A DNA stretch of 64,000 bases from Saprospiraceae bacterium (lineage in GTDB: Bacteria; Bacteroidota; Bacteroidia; Chitinophagales; Saprospiraceae), in NCBI GenBank assembly GCA_046329435.1, contig JAXLUR010000012.1, positions 24,051 to 88,050 on the forward strand, given 5' to 3'. A model generated the notes under the pieces. It was not told the origin of the DNA, did no database searches, and worked only from the letters and a program-made list of their open reading frames with translations. This document shows, piece by piece, positions 42,790 to 51,998 of this stretch. Numbering within the stretch: position 1 is the first letter of the stretch; each line of letters begins with the position of its first letter. Made by a program: the position numbers and the translations under genes.

Positions 42790-45651
42790 TTATTGAACCA
42801 GCACCTTCCGGCGCACGGAGGACTGCTCGCTGGTCCATTCCAGCGTGTACACGCCCTTGGGCAAAGTGCCCAGGTCAACGGCCTGACGGGCATTGCCGGC
42901 CGGCCAGTTCAAATCCTTGCTTTGCATCAAGGCGCCCTGCATATTGCGCACGGTAAAGTGCAGTTTTCCGCCAGTAAAGCTGTCAAAATCGGCGAATACC
43001 AGCCCGGAGCTCGGGTTGGGCGACAGTTGCAGGTTGCGGGCAAACGAAGGCGCCGGCTCGACGCCGGAAGGCACCGTCACGACGGCCTCGGCGGCAACGA
43101 GGTTGCTGCGGCATTCCACGCCGGGAAAATCAATTTCCCAATTGTAGAAATAGTAATAGCGGTCGTTGGCCAGGTCAGAGGTTTTGATCGAAATGAAGCC
43201 GGGGAGATTGTAAGGATAGGCCACTCCCTGATCGCTGCGGCGGAGCTGCGGGCTGACGGTTCCCAGATTGGCCTGATTAACAAGGGCATCGGTCGTCAAA
43301 TGAAGATCGGTGGCCACCGGAAGCTGGAAATCGAGGTCGATAATGGTGGTGCCGGAGGGGATGGCCACGGTTTTGGTGGCCAGTATGGCGCCCTGGCTGT
43401 CTTTGAGGTCAATTTTACGAACCGCTGCCGTGGCCGTGTACACTTTCACTTTTTTGAGTACGCAAGGCGAATAGCAGTCGAAAATGAGCGCGCCGTTGAA
43501 CTGGTTGCCGCTGAGGGTGGTGCCCTGGTGATCGACCGGACCGACAAACTGGTTGGGCATGTCGTTGGTGCTCACATTCTGGACCCAGTAAGTGGTGTTT
43601 TCGGAAAGTGGCGGCGTGACAAAAGACGAACCCGTACCAACCACGCTGCCGCCGATGGAGGCGTCGTACCAGACGAGCGAATCGCCCGTAGCCGTCAGGA
43701 TGGCGCTTTCATTGATCAAAATCGTATCGGGCGAAGTCACGGGAGAGGCGGCAAACAACACTTCGACATGTTGCGCGGCAGACGTGAACGTGGCGCAAAG
43801 GCCTTGCGTCGTTACCGTATAAGCGCCGCTTGCATTGGCTACGATACTTTGCGTGGTGGCGCCATTGCTCCACGCATAGGAAGCCGCTTCTGAAGCCGTC
43901 AGCGTGACGGAGCCTCCGGCGCAGAACACCGTGTCGCCGGCAACCTCGATCGTCGGAATTTCTACCGGATCCACCACGATGTTGATGGCATTCGAGCCGG
44001 CATTGCAGCCTTCTGCCGAGCCTACGACCACCGAATACTGATCGGCCGAGGTAGCTTCGATCGACTGGGTCGTGGCGCCATTACTCCACAGGTAGGAAGC
44101 ATAGCCGTCGGGCGCGGTCAGCGTGACGCTCTGGCCGCTGCAAATGGTCGTAGGGCCGTTTGCGGTGATATCGACTTCAGGAATGGTACAACCGCCTTCC
44201 TGCAGGGAAATGTACTGATTGACTTCCTGATTGTACAGTTTGTCCACATGCCCCGAAGGCCAGCGAACCTCGACGGAATCGACCGTCGTCAGTTGGCCCA
44301 TACCAAAATGAATCAGCATGGAGTTTTGAATGCCATAGCTTTCGCCGGAACGCACCTCGCGGATCTGGATGCCCAGTGGGCTGTACAGCGTCACCCGGGC
44401 GCCCACGCCGTTTCGATTGCTTTGCACGCCGCGAAGACTCAGCCCGAAGTAGTGGTTGTTGTTGCCCTGATTCATCCAAAGCGCATCGGGAATGTTGCTC
44501 GGGTCGGTGTACACGTCGGCATAACCGCCGTAGATATCCTGGAAGCCGTCGTGGTTGAGATCGCCCACCGCGAAGGATTCCATCAGGTTGTTGTCGAAGG
44601 GATTGGGCACTTCGGTAAAGGTTTTGTCGCCGTTGTTGTGCAACAGGTGATGCGCGGTACCGGCCACGAGGATATCGACGAATCCATCGTTGTCAAAATC
44701 GCGAAAAATACCCTGGAGCGGCAGGCCGGTGATCTGCGTGGCAATGCCGGAGGCGGGACCGATATTGGTAAAATGGCCTGCGCCATCATTTTCCAGCAAC
44801 ATGCTCGGCACGTCGTGGTTGGTGACCAGACAATCGAAGTCGCCGTCGTTGTCGATATCGCCGAAATCGGCCGTCCAGCTTTGGGCGCCGATGCGCAGGC
44901 CGGCGGCATCGGCAGTGTCCTGGGTATACGTGCCGTCTCCGTTGTTGAGAAATAACTGGTTGATACGGCGCGGGTCGGTCGGGTCATTGACGCCCTGGCG
45001 GCATTTGGCGATGTAGAGGTCGAGGTCCTTGTCGTTGTCCACATCGCTCCAGACCGAGCCGTAATTGCCCGAATTGTCGGACGTAGGCACGGTGCGGAGG
45101 TCGATCCAGTTGGGCTGGTACACGAACTGACCCGCGCCGTTGTTGCCAAATATTTTGGCAACGCCGTCGTCATGGCAGGCAAAAATATCGAGCCAGCCGT
45201 CGTTGTTGATGTCGGCAAAATTGACCCCCTGCAAAAACACAGCGGGGCTGGTCAGGTTTTGAATGGTAAAAGTGGAGCCATCGGCGGAGAAAGTGACCAC
45301 CTTGATGCCGTCCTGATAACCGCCGGCCACCACATCGACGTAGCCGTTGTTGTCCATATCGCCGGCACACATGCCCCACTGGCTACCGCCGGGCAGGTCG
45401 GCCACGGCTTTGTGGGTAAAGGGCTGATTGGGAGAGGTTTGCAATTCGAGGGCAAGAACGGAGCCCTGATTCATTCGTGCGATATCGTCGAGGCCGTCGC
45501 CGTTGACATCGAGCACGGCAATGGCAACCCCGCTGTAATAGGGTGGCGTTTGCAGCAAACTGGTTTGTTTGGTAAAGGCTGTTTGAGCCGACAGGGCGCC
45601 GGCAAAGCCGATGGCCAATGTGAATAAAACAAGGCGGTTAAAGCATTTCAT
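42790..45651 (-). CDS. FG-GAP/VCBS-repeat (ASPIC/UnbV, CRTAC1-like) protein with Ig-like repeats and a T9SS C-terminal sorting domain
   Basis: 953 aa with a signal peptide and multiple FG-GAP-like repeats (DVNGDGLDDI, DINNDGWLDIF, DIDNDGDFDCL, DFDNDGFVDIL). It has ASPIC/UnbV-like RVTLYSPLGIQIREVRSGESY and duplicated CxGxSVTLTA...YxWSNGATTQSI modules. The C-terminal GVYTLEWTSEQSSVRRKVLVQ is typical of a T9SS type A CTD. Confidence 0.88.
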   Translation of the reverse strand: MKCFNRLVLFTLAIGFAGALSAQTAFTKQTSLLQTPPYYSGVAIAVLDVNGDGLDDIARMNQGSVLALELQTSPNQPFTHKAVADLPGGSQWGMCAGDMDNNGYVDVVAGGYQDGIKVVTFSADGSTFTIQNLTSPAVFLQGVNFADINNDGWLDIFACHDDGVAKIFGNNGAGQFVYQPNWIDLRTVPTSDNSGNYGSVWSDVDNDKDLDLYIAKCRQGVNDPTDPRRINQLFLNNGDGTYTQDTADAAGLRIGAQSWTADFGDIDNDGDFDCLVTNHDVPSMLLENDGAGHFTNIGPASGIATQITGLPLQGIFRDFDNDGFVDILVAGTAHHLLHNNGDKTFTEVPNPFDNNLMESFAVGDLNHDGFQDIYGGYADVYTDPSNIPDALWMNQGNNNHYFGLSLRGVQSNRNGVGARVTLYSPLGIQIREVRSGESYGIQNSMLIHFGMGQLTTVDSVEVRWPSGHVDKLYNQEVNQYISLQEGGCTIPEVDITANGPTTICSGQSVTLTAPDGYASYLWSNGATTQSIEATSADQYSVVVGSAEGCNAGSNAINIVVDPVEIPTIEVAGDTVFCAGGSVTLTASEAASYAWSNGATTQSIVANASGAYTVTTQGLCATFTSAAQHVEVLFAASPVTSPDTILINESAILTATGDSLVWYDASIGGSVVGTGSSFVTPPLSENTTYWVQNVSTNDMPNQFVGPVDHQGTTLSGNQFNGALIFDCYSPCVLKKVKVYTATAAVRKIDLKDSQGAILATKTVAIPSGTTIIDLDFQLPVATDLHLTTDALVNQANLGTVSPQLRRSDQGVAYPYNLPGFISIKTSDLANDRYYYFYNWEIDFPGVECRSNLVAAEAVVTVPSGVEPAPSFARNLQLSPNPSSGLVFADFDSFTGGKLHFTVRNMQGALMQSKDLNWPAGNARQAVDLGTLPKGVYTLEWTSEQSSVRRKVLVQ

Positions 45652-45861
45652 GTTTCGAAGGATAGAAAAAAGGGTTTGAAAAACGACGCGAAAGGTAGCC
45701 TAATATGCCTGCATTTCACGGCATGACCCGCGGCTTGGCTAATCCCGGACAAATGCTTAGGCGCGTTAAAAGCCTGTTAAAGCAGGTTCCGCGGGTTAAA
45801 CCGCTTTATTTTTCCTCCGTCAAAACCCATTATTCACACTCAAAATCAACACAGATTTTTT

Positions 45862-46281
45862 ATGAAAAAGCATCTGTTCCTGCTGTTCTGCCTGCTTTCT
45901 TTCGGCTTCGCCACCCAGCTCTGCGCCCAGCAACCCCAATCGGTCGACAAGGCTGAAAACAAAATTGATCGCGCCGAAAACAAAGCTGACCGCGCTGAAA
46001 ACAAAGCCGACCGCGCCGAAAACCGCCGTGATCGCGCCGAAAACAAAGCTGATCGCGCTGAAAACCGCCGCGACCGCCGCGAAGACAAACGCGACGAACG
46101 CCACGACGGGGGCCGGCTCGACAAAATGGAAGACAAAAGGGATAAAGCAGAAGACAAGGCCGATCGTGCCGAAAACAAACGCGACCGCGCCGAAAACAAG
46201 GCGGATCGCGCGGAGAACAAACGCGACCGTGCCGAAAACAAACGCGACCGGAAAGAAAATCGCCGCGACCGCAAAAACTGA
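45862..46281 (+). CDS. secreted heptad-repeat protein (D-[RK]-A-E-N-[KR]-x tandem repeats)
   Basis: 139 aa with the signal peptide MKKHLFLLFCLLSFGFATQLCAQ. About 14 in-frame 7-aa repeats follow in two blocks separated by ERHDGGRLDKMEDKR. Confidence 0.7.
   Translation: MKKHLFLLFCLLSFGFATQLCAQQPQSVDKAENKIDRAENKADRAENKADRAENRRDRAENKADRAENRRDRREDKRDERHDGGRLDKMEDKRDKAEDKADRAENKRDRAENKADRAENKRDRAENKRDRKENRRDRKN
45946..46278 (+). repeat. 21-nt coding tandem repeats (two blocks, 45946-46092 and 46141-46278)
   Basis: Units such as gaccgcgctgaaaacaaagct, gatcgcgccgaaaacaaagct and gaccgcgccgaaaacaaggcg. Synonymous third-position variation between units is visible. Confidence 0.85.
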
Positions 46282-46599
46282 TTTTGTTTTCTCTTGATCA
46301 GGAAGTCCGGCAGCCCGTAGTATTTGCGGGGCCGCCCCAAGTTTAACAGCGATCCCGAACAGGATGACAGGGTGTGCAGGAGCATGCGGCAAAACCGGCT
46401 GCTTTTGCGCACCCTGTTCCGTTGAGGCAAGCGCAGATGGACATCGGCGATAGCGCAGGTTTATGGAATAATAATTGGCCTCGTCCCGGTTTTTTATTTA
46501 ACAACCAAACAATCATTGGCTTGCCGGGCGCAAAAGCGGCTTGTAAGGCAGGCGCTGTTTATCCATAAACAAGGCGGCCTGAAAGCGGAAGCGCAGGTG

Positions 46600-47190
46600 T
46601 CATTCCCTGGCATTCCCGCCCGTGAACGAGTACCCGATGGCAAAAGACCACCACCATTTGCGGTTGTACTGCCAGTCGTCGCCCACCCCGCTGGCGTAAT
46701 CCTTGCCGAATACCAGCCCGATGTTGCAATCGCCCAGTTGCAGGATCAGGCCGCTGCCCCAGGTGATACCCGGGACCACGTCGCCGGCAGCCTGCTCCAG
46801 GTCGAGTGTCGAGTGGTCGTTTTCGAGATTGATGAAGGTAAGGCCGGCGGCCAGGGGGACCAGAAGGCGGTAATTTCGTTTTTCCGACAATTTTTTTTGG
46901 GCGCCGATATAACCGCCGATGGTCACGTCGGTGGTCAGCCGGAATGTGTGTTTCTCTGTTTCTTTGCGGATCTTGAAGGGAAGCGTCAGTTGTCCGCCGT
47001 TGAAATCCCAGTTTTGCAGCAATTCATTGTGCGAAGTAGTCGGTCGGACGGCGGTATGGGTTTCTTTTGTCGAATCAGGCGCCTTGCCCGGAGTTGGCGG
47101 CGTCTCACAGTTTTGGCTGAAAACTGATGGATCGACGTGTAAAAAAAAGCCTGAAAAGGCCAGACTGCGGAGGAAATTCTGAGGTTTCAT
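46600..47190 (-). CDS. hypothetical secreted protein, possibly a small outer-membrane beta-barrel
   Basis: 196 aa with an N-terminal signal-like segment. The C-terminal half has alternating hydrophobic beta-strand patterns ending WWWSFAIGYSF. Confidence 0.55.
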   Translation of the reverse strand: MKPQNFLRSLAFSGFFLHVDPSVFSQNCETPPTPGKAPDSTKETHTAVRPTTSHNELLQNWDFNGGQLTLPFKIRKETEKHTFRLTTDVTIGGYIGAQKKLSEKRNYRLLVPLAAGLTFINLENDHSTLDLEQAAGDVVPGITWGSGLILQLGDCNIGLVFGKDYASGVGDDWQYNRKWWWSFAIGYSFTGGNARE

Positions 47191-47335
47191 GATTGTACGG
47201 CTTTATGTTACACGATAACGAATCATACTGATGATTAAATTTATCTTAACTACATATTTACGATAAAATATTTTTTACACGCCCCCAAACGCGGTCTTAC
47301 AGCATGTAGGGCATCCCTTATCTTCGCCCCAGACC

Positions 47336-48361
47336 ATGACGATCAACGACCTTCTTCGCGACATACGGGCCGGCAAGTTTGCCCCGATCTACTTTTTGCA
47401 TGGCGAGGAGCCCTTTTTCATCGACCAGGTGGCCGATGCCATTGAGGCGCGCGCCTTGCCCGAAGCGGAGAAAAGTTTCAACCAGACGGTTTTGTACGGC
47501 AAAGACGTGGATGCCATCAGCCTGCTCGATTACCTGCGTCGTTACCCCATGATGAGCGAGCGACAGGTCATCATTCTGCGCGAAGCGCAGGAAATGAAGG
47601 GCATCGGCGAATTGCTGGGCTACGTGGAAAACCCCATGCCGACCACCCTTTTTGTGCTCTGTTTCAAGCATAAAAAATACGACCTCAACACCAAACTCGG
47701 CAAAGCCCTGAAAGCGCAGGCCGTGGTTTTTGAAAGCAAAAAACTGTACGACAACCAGGTGCCCGACTGGATTGCAACCTATTGCAAGGAGAACAAAATC
47801 GGCATCGAGCCTGCCGCGGCAGCCCTGCTGGCCGATTACCTCGGGACGGATCTCGCCAAAGTGGCCAACGAACTCGACAAACTGGCGCTCAACCTGCCGG
47901 CAGGCGCAACCGTGACCCCTCATCACGTGCAGGAATACGTCGGCATCAGCAAGGACTACAATGTTTTCGAACTGCAAAAAGCGCTGGCCATCAAAGACTT
48001 GCCCAAAGTAGCCCGCATCGAACAGTATTTCGCCGCCAACATCCGTCGCAACCCCTTTATCGTCGTACTGTCGAGCCTGCACAGTTTTTTTGCCAAGGTG
48101 TATGCCCTGCATTTTGTCAAAAACGCGCCCGAAGCTGAACAATTAAAGACGCTGGATTTGCGATCGGAATGGTTTTTGAAAGACTATAAAATCGCCGCCC
48201 AACACTATTCCCTGGAAAAAACCATCGCCATTCTTGGTTGGCTTCGCGATTATGACCTGCGTGCAAAAGGCGTATATCCGGAAGAACCCAGCCCCGACAA
48301 CAGCGACAACACCGACGAAACGCAACTGATGCGGGAGCTTTTCTGGAAAATCCTGCATTAG
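47336..48361 (+). CDS. holA: DNA polymerase III delta subunit
   Basis: 341 aa with IRAGKFAPIYFLHGEEPFFIDQV...ERQVIILREAQEM...YLGTDLAKVANELDKL, a typical HolA pattern. Confidence 0.88.
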   Translation: MTINDLLRDIRAGKFAPIYFLHGEEPFFIDQVADAIEARALPEAEKSFNQTVLYGKDVDAISLLDYLRRYPMMSERQVIILREAQEMKGIGELLGYVENPMPTTLFVLCFKHKKYDLNTKLGKALKAQAVVFESKKLYDNQVPDWIATYCKENKIGIEPAAAALLADYLGTDLAKVANELDKLALNLPAGATVTPHHVQEYVGISKDYNVFELQKALAIKDLPKVARIEQYFAANIRRNPFIVVLSSLHSFFAKVYALHFVKNAPEAEQLKTLDLRSEWFLKDYKIAAQHYSLEKTIAILGWLRDYDLRAKGVYPEEPSPDNSDNTDETQLMRELFWKILH

Positions 48362-48512
48362 AAAAACGGTTGGAGCAGCGACCAACAACATGCCTGGCAG
48401 GCATATGTTATGAGCAGGATTGTCCATCTTTTATGTCCGGATTCATAGCACTTAATGCAACAATTTAACTAACATCGCAGTTCCAACTGAATTATACTGC
48501 CAACATCGCTTT

Positions 48513-49697
48513 ATGAGAACACTCGCTACCTACACCGTCGCCGCAGGAGATACCCTGTACGGCATCGCCCGCCGGTTCGGCATGAGCGTGACGGAACTCC
48601 AGAACCTCAACAGCCTCAGCAGCAGCAGCCTGAGTATCGGTCAGAAACTCAAGGTTTGGGTCGACTCGGGCGGCACCACGCCTTCTGCTCCCACGCCTCC
48701 CGCACCAACCATACCGAGCACTCCGAGTACACCTCCCGCTCCCCCGTCCTCCGGCAACTGGGGCGGCTCGGACTATCGATCCGCCCGCCAGCAGTTTGCG
48801 CTCGACGTACGCCAGGATGCCGGCTTCAAACGCTACTTCCTGACCGTCCCCCTGCTCAACGGCAGCTCGGTCGTGGCCAATATGCGCGACAACCTGACCA
48901 ACTCGCGCTACATGGTGTACCCCAATGGCATCCTGTACGCCGGGCAATCCACACTGACCCTCGATATCAACTCCGTTCAATCGGTCGGACTCAGCTGGGC
49001 GCAGGCCAAAGCCTTGCAATACGTATCGACGCACGAAGGCAAGTTCGACGCGATCAACAGTTACGACAAAGCCATTTTTTCCTACGGATTTATCCAGTTT
49101 ACAGGCTCCTCGGCGGTTGGCGCCAGCCTCAACCGCTTGCTCGTCAGCATGGAACTCAATGCCCCCAGTCAGTTCGCCCGCGTTTTTCAGCGGGTCGGCA
49201 TCGATACGGAAGGGGGAAATGTTACCGTGCTCGACGATTACGGCAGAAAGCGATATGGCGACGACGCCTGGCTGTACATTCAGGGCAATCCGCGCTTGTA
49301 CGGTGCATTTATTCAGGCTGGCTTCGACCCTACCCTTGTGCGCGAACAACTGCGCATGGCAAATACGCTGTACGTACAACCTGCCCTCAATTACAAACTT
49401 GACCTCAATGTCGCCGGCATCCGCATCCAGGTGCCCCGCCTGAGCGACATCCTCACATCGGAAGCCATGCTGACCATCGTTATCGCGCTGGCGGTCAACC
49501 AGGGCAACGGCGGCATGAGCCGGATCGTCAGCGAAGCCGTGTCGCAGGTAGCCGCCCAAATGCGGCTGACTTCACTCGCCGCCCTCGGGCAAATCAACGA
49601 GCGCCAGGTGGCCCAGACCATCGCCGATACCACCATCGACGACCGAGTGCGCAACCGCGCAGTAGGCGTGCTCAACTCGGGTATGAGTTTTGCCTGA
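48513..49697 (+). CDS. LysM domain-containing protein with an uncharacterised C-terminal domain
   Basis: 394 aa with an N-terminal LysM (YTVAAGDTLYGIARRFGMSVTELQNLNSLSSSSLSIGQKLKV), then a Pro-rich linker and a domain of about 290 aa. Confidence 0.8.
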   Translation: MRTLATYTVAAGDTLYGIARRFGMSVTELQNLNSLSSSSLSIGQKLKVWVDSGGTTPSAPTPPAPTIPSTPSTPPAPPSSGNWGGSDYRSARQQFALDVRQDAGFKRYFLTVPLLNGSSVVANMRDNLTNSRYMVYPNGILYAGQSTLTLDINSVQSVGLSWAQAKALQYVSTHEGKFDAINSYDKAIFSYGFIQFTGSSAVGASLNRLLVSMELNAPSQFARVFQRVGIDTEGGNVTVLDDYGRKRYGDDAWLYIQGNPRLYGAFIQAGFDPTLVREQLRMANTLYVQPALNYKLDLNVAGIRIQVPRLSDILTSEAMLTIVIALAVNQGNGGMSRIVSEAVSQVAAQMRLTSLAALGQINERQVAQTIADTTIDDRVRNRAVGVLNSGMSFA

Positions 49698-49742
49698 AAT
49701 GCCGACAGATTTCGGGCGGGGTCGCCCCCTGCCCGAAACTTG

Positions 49743-50501
49743 TCAGTCCTTCAACAAATCGAGGTATTTCTGAAAATATGACGCTTCGGCCGGCCGGCCG
49801 GAGATGAACCACCGAACGGCCGTATCGCCGTGTTCGGCGGGGCGTTTCAACTGGTTCACAAGGTTATTGATCGTGCCGCGATTGCCGTCGAGTATCTGCA
49901 CATGTGCGGGCAAGACCTCTCGGAAGGCCTTTTTGAAAAAAATAAAATGGGTGCAGCCGAGTACGATGGCGCCGTAGGCGTCGAGGTCGAAGGCGCCCAG
50001 TTTTTGCCGCAGGTAAGGCACGATGACATCATCGGAAAATTCGAAGCGTTCGGCCCAGGCGACCAGTTCCTGCAGAGGCAGGTAATCGACCCGCTGGTGG
50101 GTATCGACACGTGCCACGAGGTGGTGAAACTTTTCTTCCCGAAGGGTCAGTTCTGTGGCCACCACCAGCACCCGTTTGTCGGGGCCGGTTGCGCCGACAG
50201 CCGGTTTGACGGCCGGCTCCATACCGATAACCGGAAAGGCATAACGCTGTCGCGCATCGACAATTGCGGCGCTGGTTGCTGTATTGCAGGCCACCACAAT
50301 GGCTTGCGGATCGAACCCGGCGAGGAAATCGAGGGCCTGGAGCAGCAAATCGCGTACCTCCGCTCTGGAGCGCACCCCGTAGGGGGCGTTGTCGCTGTCG
50401 GCAAAGTAGAGGTAATGTTCGTGCGGCAACAGCTGCAATGCTTCATGTAAAACAGAGAGCCCGCCGATGCCGGAGTCGAAAAAGCCGATGGGCTGTTGCA
50501 C
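49743..50501 (-). CDS. murI: glutamate racemase
   Basis: 252 aa with IGFFDSGIGGLSV, VVACNTATS and VLGCTHF (the two catalytic Cys motifs). Confidence 0.93.
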   Translation of the reverse strand: MQQPIGFFDSGIGGLSVLHEALQLLPHEHYLYFADSDNAPYGVRSRAEVRDLLLQALDFLAGFDPQAIVVACNTATSAAIVDARQRYAFPVIGMEPAVKPAVGATGPDKRVLVVATELTLREEKFHHLVARVDTHQRVDYLPLQELVAWAERFEFSDDVIVPYLRQKLGAFDLDAYGAIVLGCTHFIFFKKAFREVLPAHVQILDGNRGTINNLVNQLKRPAEHGDTAVRWFISGRPAEASYFQKYLDLLKD

Positions 50502-50507
50502 GGAAGA

Positions 50508-51014
50508 TCAGTGGGCTAATTTGGCCTTTACAAGCGGCGTGACGTCGAGCGATTCGTCGGCGTAAATCAGAATGGAAGAAGCCTGGTCGAACACCATGGT
50601 GAAACCTTGCTCATTGGCAACGTCTTTCATGGCCTGGTTGACGCGTTCGAGGATCGGGTTGTACAATTTCTGGCGTTTTTCGGCCAATTGGCGATACACA
50701 TCCTGCTGGTAGGCCTCTAATTTGGCCTGTTCTTCCTGCAAGGTTGCTGTTTGCGCATCGTAGTCTTTGGGCGAGATGAGGCCGTTTTCTTTTTTGCGAT
50801 CCAGTTCGGCCGCGCTATCCTGCAATTGTTTGAGCATTTCCTGGCCGCGTTTGTTGAGTTGGGTCTGGAAAGCCTGCAGATCACTGTCAGCCTGCTTGAC
50901 TTCGGGCAGTTCGGCGAGCAGCGACAGGGAGTTGCAATAGCCGAATTTTTGTGCGAACGTCGAAACGCTCAGGGTAAGGAGGAGACTCAGGGTCAGAACA
51001 ATCGTTTTCTTCAT
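50508..51014 (-). CDS. OmpH/Skp-family periplasmic chaperone
   Basis: ORF 50508-51047 trimmed to MKKTIVLTLSLLLTLSVSTFAQKFGYCN. Its coiled-coil Skp-like composition includes LQAFQTQLNKRGQEMLKQLQ. Confidence 0.85.
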   Translation of the reverse strand: MKKTIVLTLSLLLTLSVSTFAQKFGYCNSLSLLAELPEVKQADSDLQAFQTQLNKRGQEMLKQLQDSAAELDRKKENGLISPKDYDAQTATLQEEQAKLEAYQQDVYRQLAEKRQKLYNPILERVNQAMKDVANEQGFTMVFDQASSILIYADESLDVTPLVKAKLAH

Positions 51015-51131
51015 GTCAGATGTTGAATTTACCGCAAAGGTAATCAAAGTTGACGGCGGGCGGAGGGTGCGGGCAGTAATTTGACCGCCTTGCCGGGCGC
51101 CGCATTACTGCCCGCCGCAACCGTCAGTCGT

Positions 51132-51644
51132 TTACTTTTTCAGGAGGGCCTTGATGTCTTCAGTTTTGTCATAGCGTTTGTCGGCATACAACATGCCGGA
51201 AGCGCTGCCCTTGTCGAAGATAAAATCGAAGCCTTTGTCCTGGGCGTATTTTTCAATGGTGGAATACACGCGGTCCTGAATGGGTTTGACCAGTTCTTCG
51301 CGTTTTTTGAACAGGGCGCCTTCGGGGCCGAATTTCTGGCGCTGGAGTTCGCGCACTTCTTTTTCCTTGGCCACGATTTCGTCTTCGCGCTGTTTTTTCA
51401 TGTCCTCGCTAAGCAGTACCTGTTCGGCCTGAAACTTGCTGTACATGCCCTTGATTTTATCCTGCTCCTGGGCGATTTCCTGGCGCCACTGGGTAGCGAT
51501 CTTGTCGAGTTGCTCCTGGGCTTTCTGGTAATCGGGCAGGCTTTCCAGGACAGCGGTTACGTCAACATATGCGATGCGCTGCGCAGTAGTAATTCCGGTC
51601 AGCAACAGGGAGAACAAGGCCGTCGAAAGGATTTTCTTGATCAT
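51132..51644 (-). CDS. OmpH/Skp-family periplasmic chaperone (tandem paralogue)
   Basis: ORF 51132-51710 trimmed to MIKKILSTALFSLLLTGITTAQRIAYVD. It has the same architecture as the downstream paralogue. Confidence 0.85.
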   Translation of the reverse strand: MIKKILSTALFSLLLTGITTAQRIAYVDVTAVLESLPDYQKAQEQLDKIATQWRQEIAQEQDKIKGMYSKFQAEQVLLSEDMKKQREDEIVAKEKEVRELQRQKFGPEGALFKKREELVKPIQDRVYSTIEKYAQDKGFDFIFDKGSASGMLYADKRYDKTEDIKALLKK

Positions 51645-51998
51645 GGTGGGTCTTAATATTTGAATGGATAAATGAATGTGCAATCTCGGATGGCCGGATT
51701 TTTGCGTCAAAAGTAGGGGGTTTTACAATGAATCGCGGCCTTCTGACGAAAACGCAGCCCTCGGAGTTGCCTCCAGATTTTAACATTTTTTGCCAAACAA
51801 AACCTAACTGCCTGTCGTGCAAAACCTTGTGCAACAGCCTTCTGTCACGCCGGCGGGGTATTTAACCCCTGTTTAACCTGTTTTTAAAAGGGCCTTAACC
51901 GCCTTTGCGCGCAACGGCGCTTTGCGCGCCGAACATCGTAATTTCGCCGCCCGCATTTATCCCTGCTTTTTTCACCACACCCAACATCACCCCGCGCC

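Noticed and set aside
45946-46278. A possible CRISPR array, because of regularly spaced short repeats.
   Set aside because: The repeats are directly tandem 21-mers with no spacers, are in frame within a signal-peptide-bearing ORF, and have no cas genes nearby.
45820-46430. Two long minus-strand ORFs (190 and 194 aa) with repetitive sequence, and a third plus-strand frame (45965-46297).
   Set aside because: They are alternative-frame readings of the 21-nt tandem repeat. Only the 45862-46281 frame has a signal peptide and a coherent heptad.
51903-51935. The direct/inverted GC-rich repeat ctttgcgcgcaacggcgctttgcgcgc upstream of hutH, considered as a regulator operator.
   Set aside because: It is a short (8-bp) stem that could arise by chance in GC-rich DNA. 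No second copy or adjacent regulator gene supports a specific role. It is mentioned only within the hutH finding.
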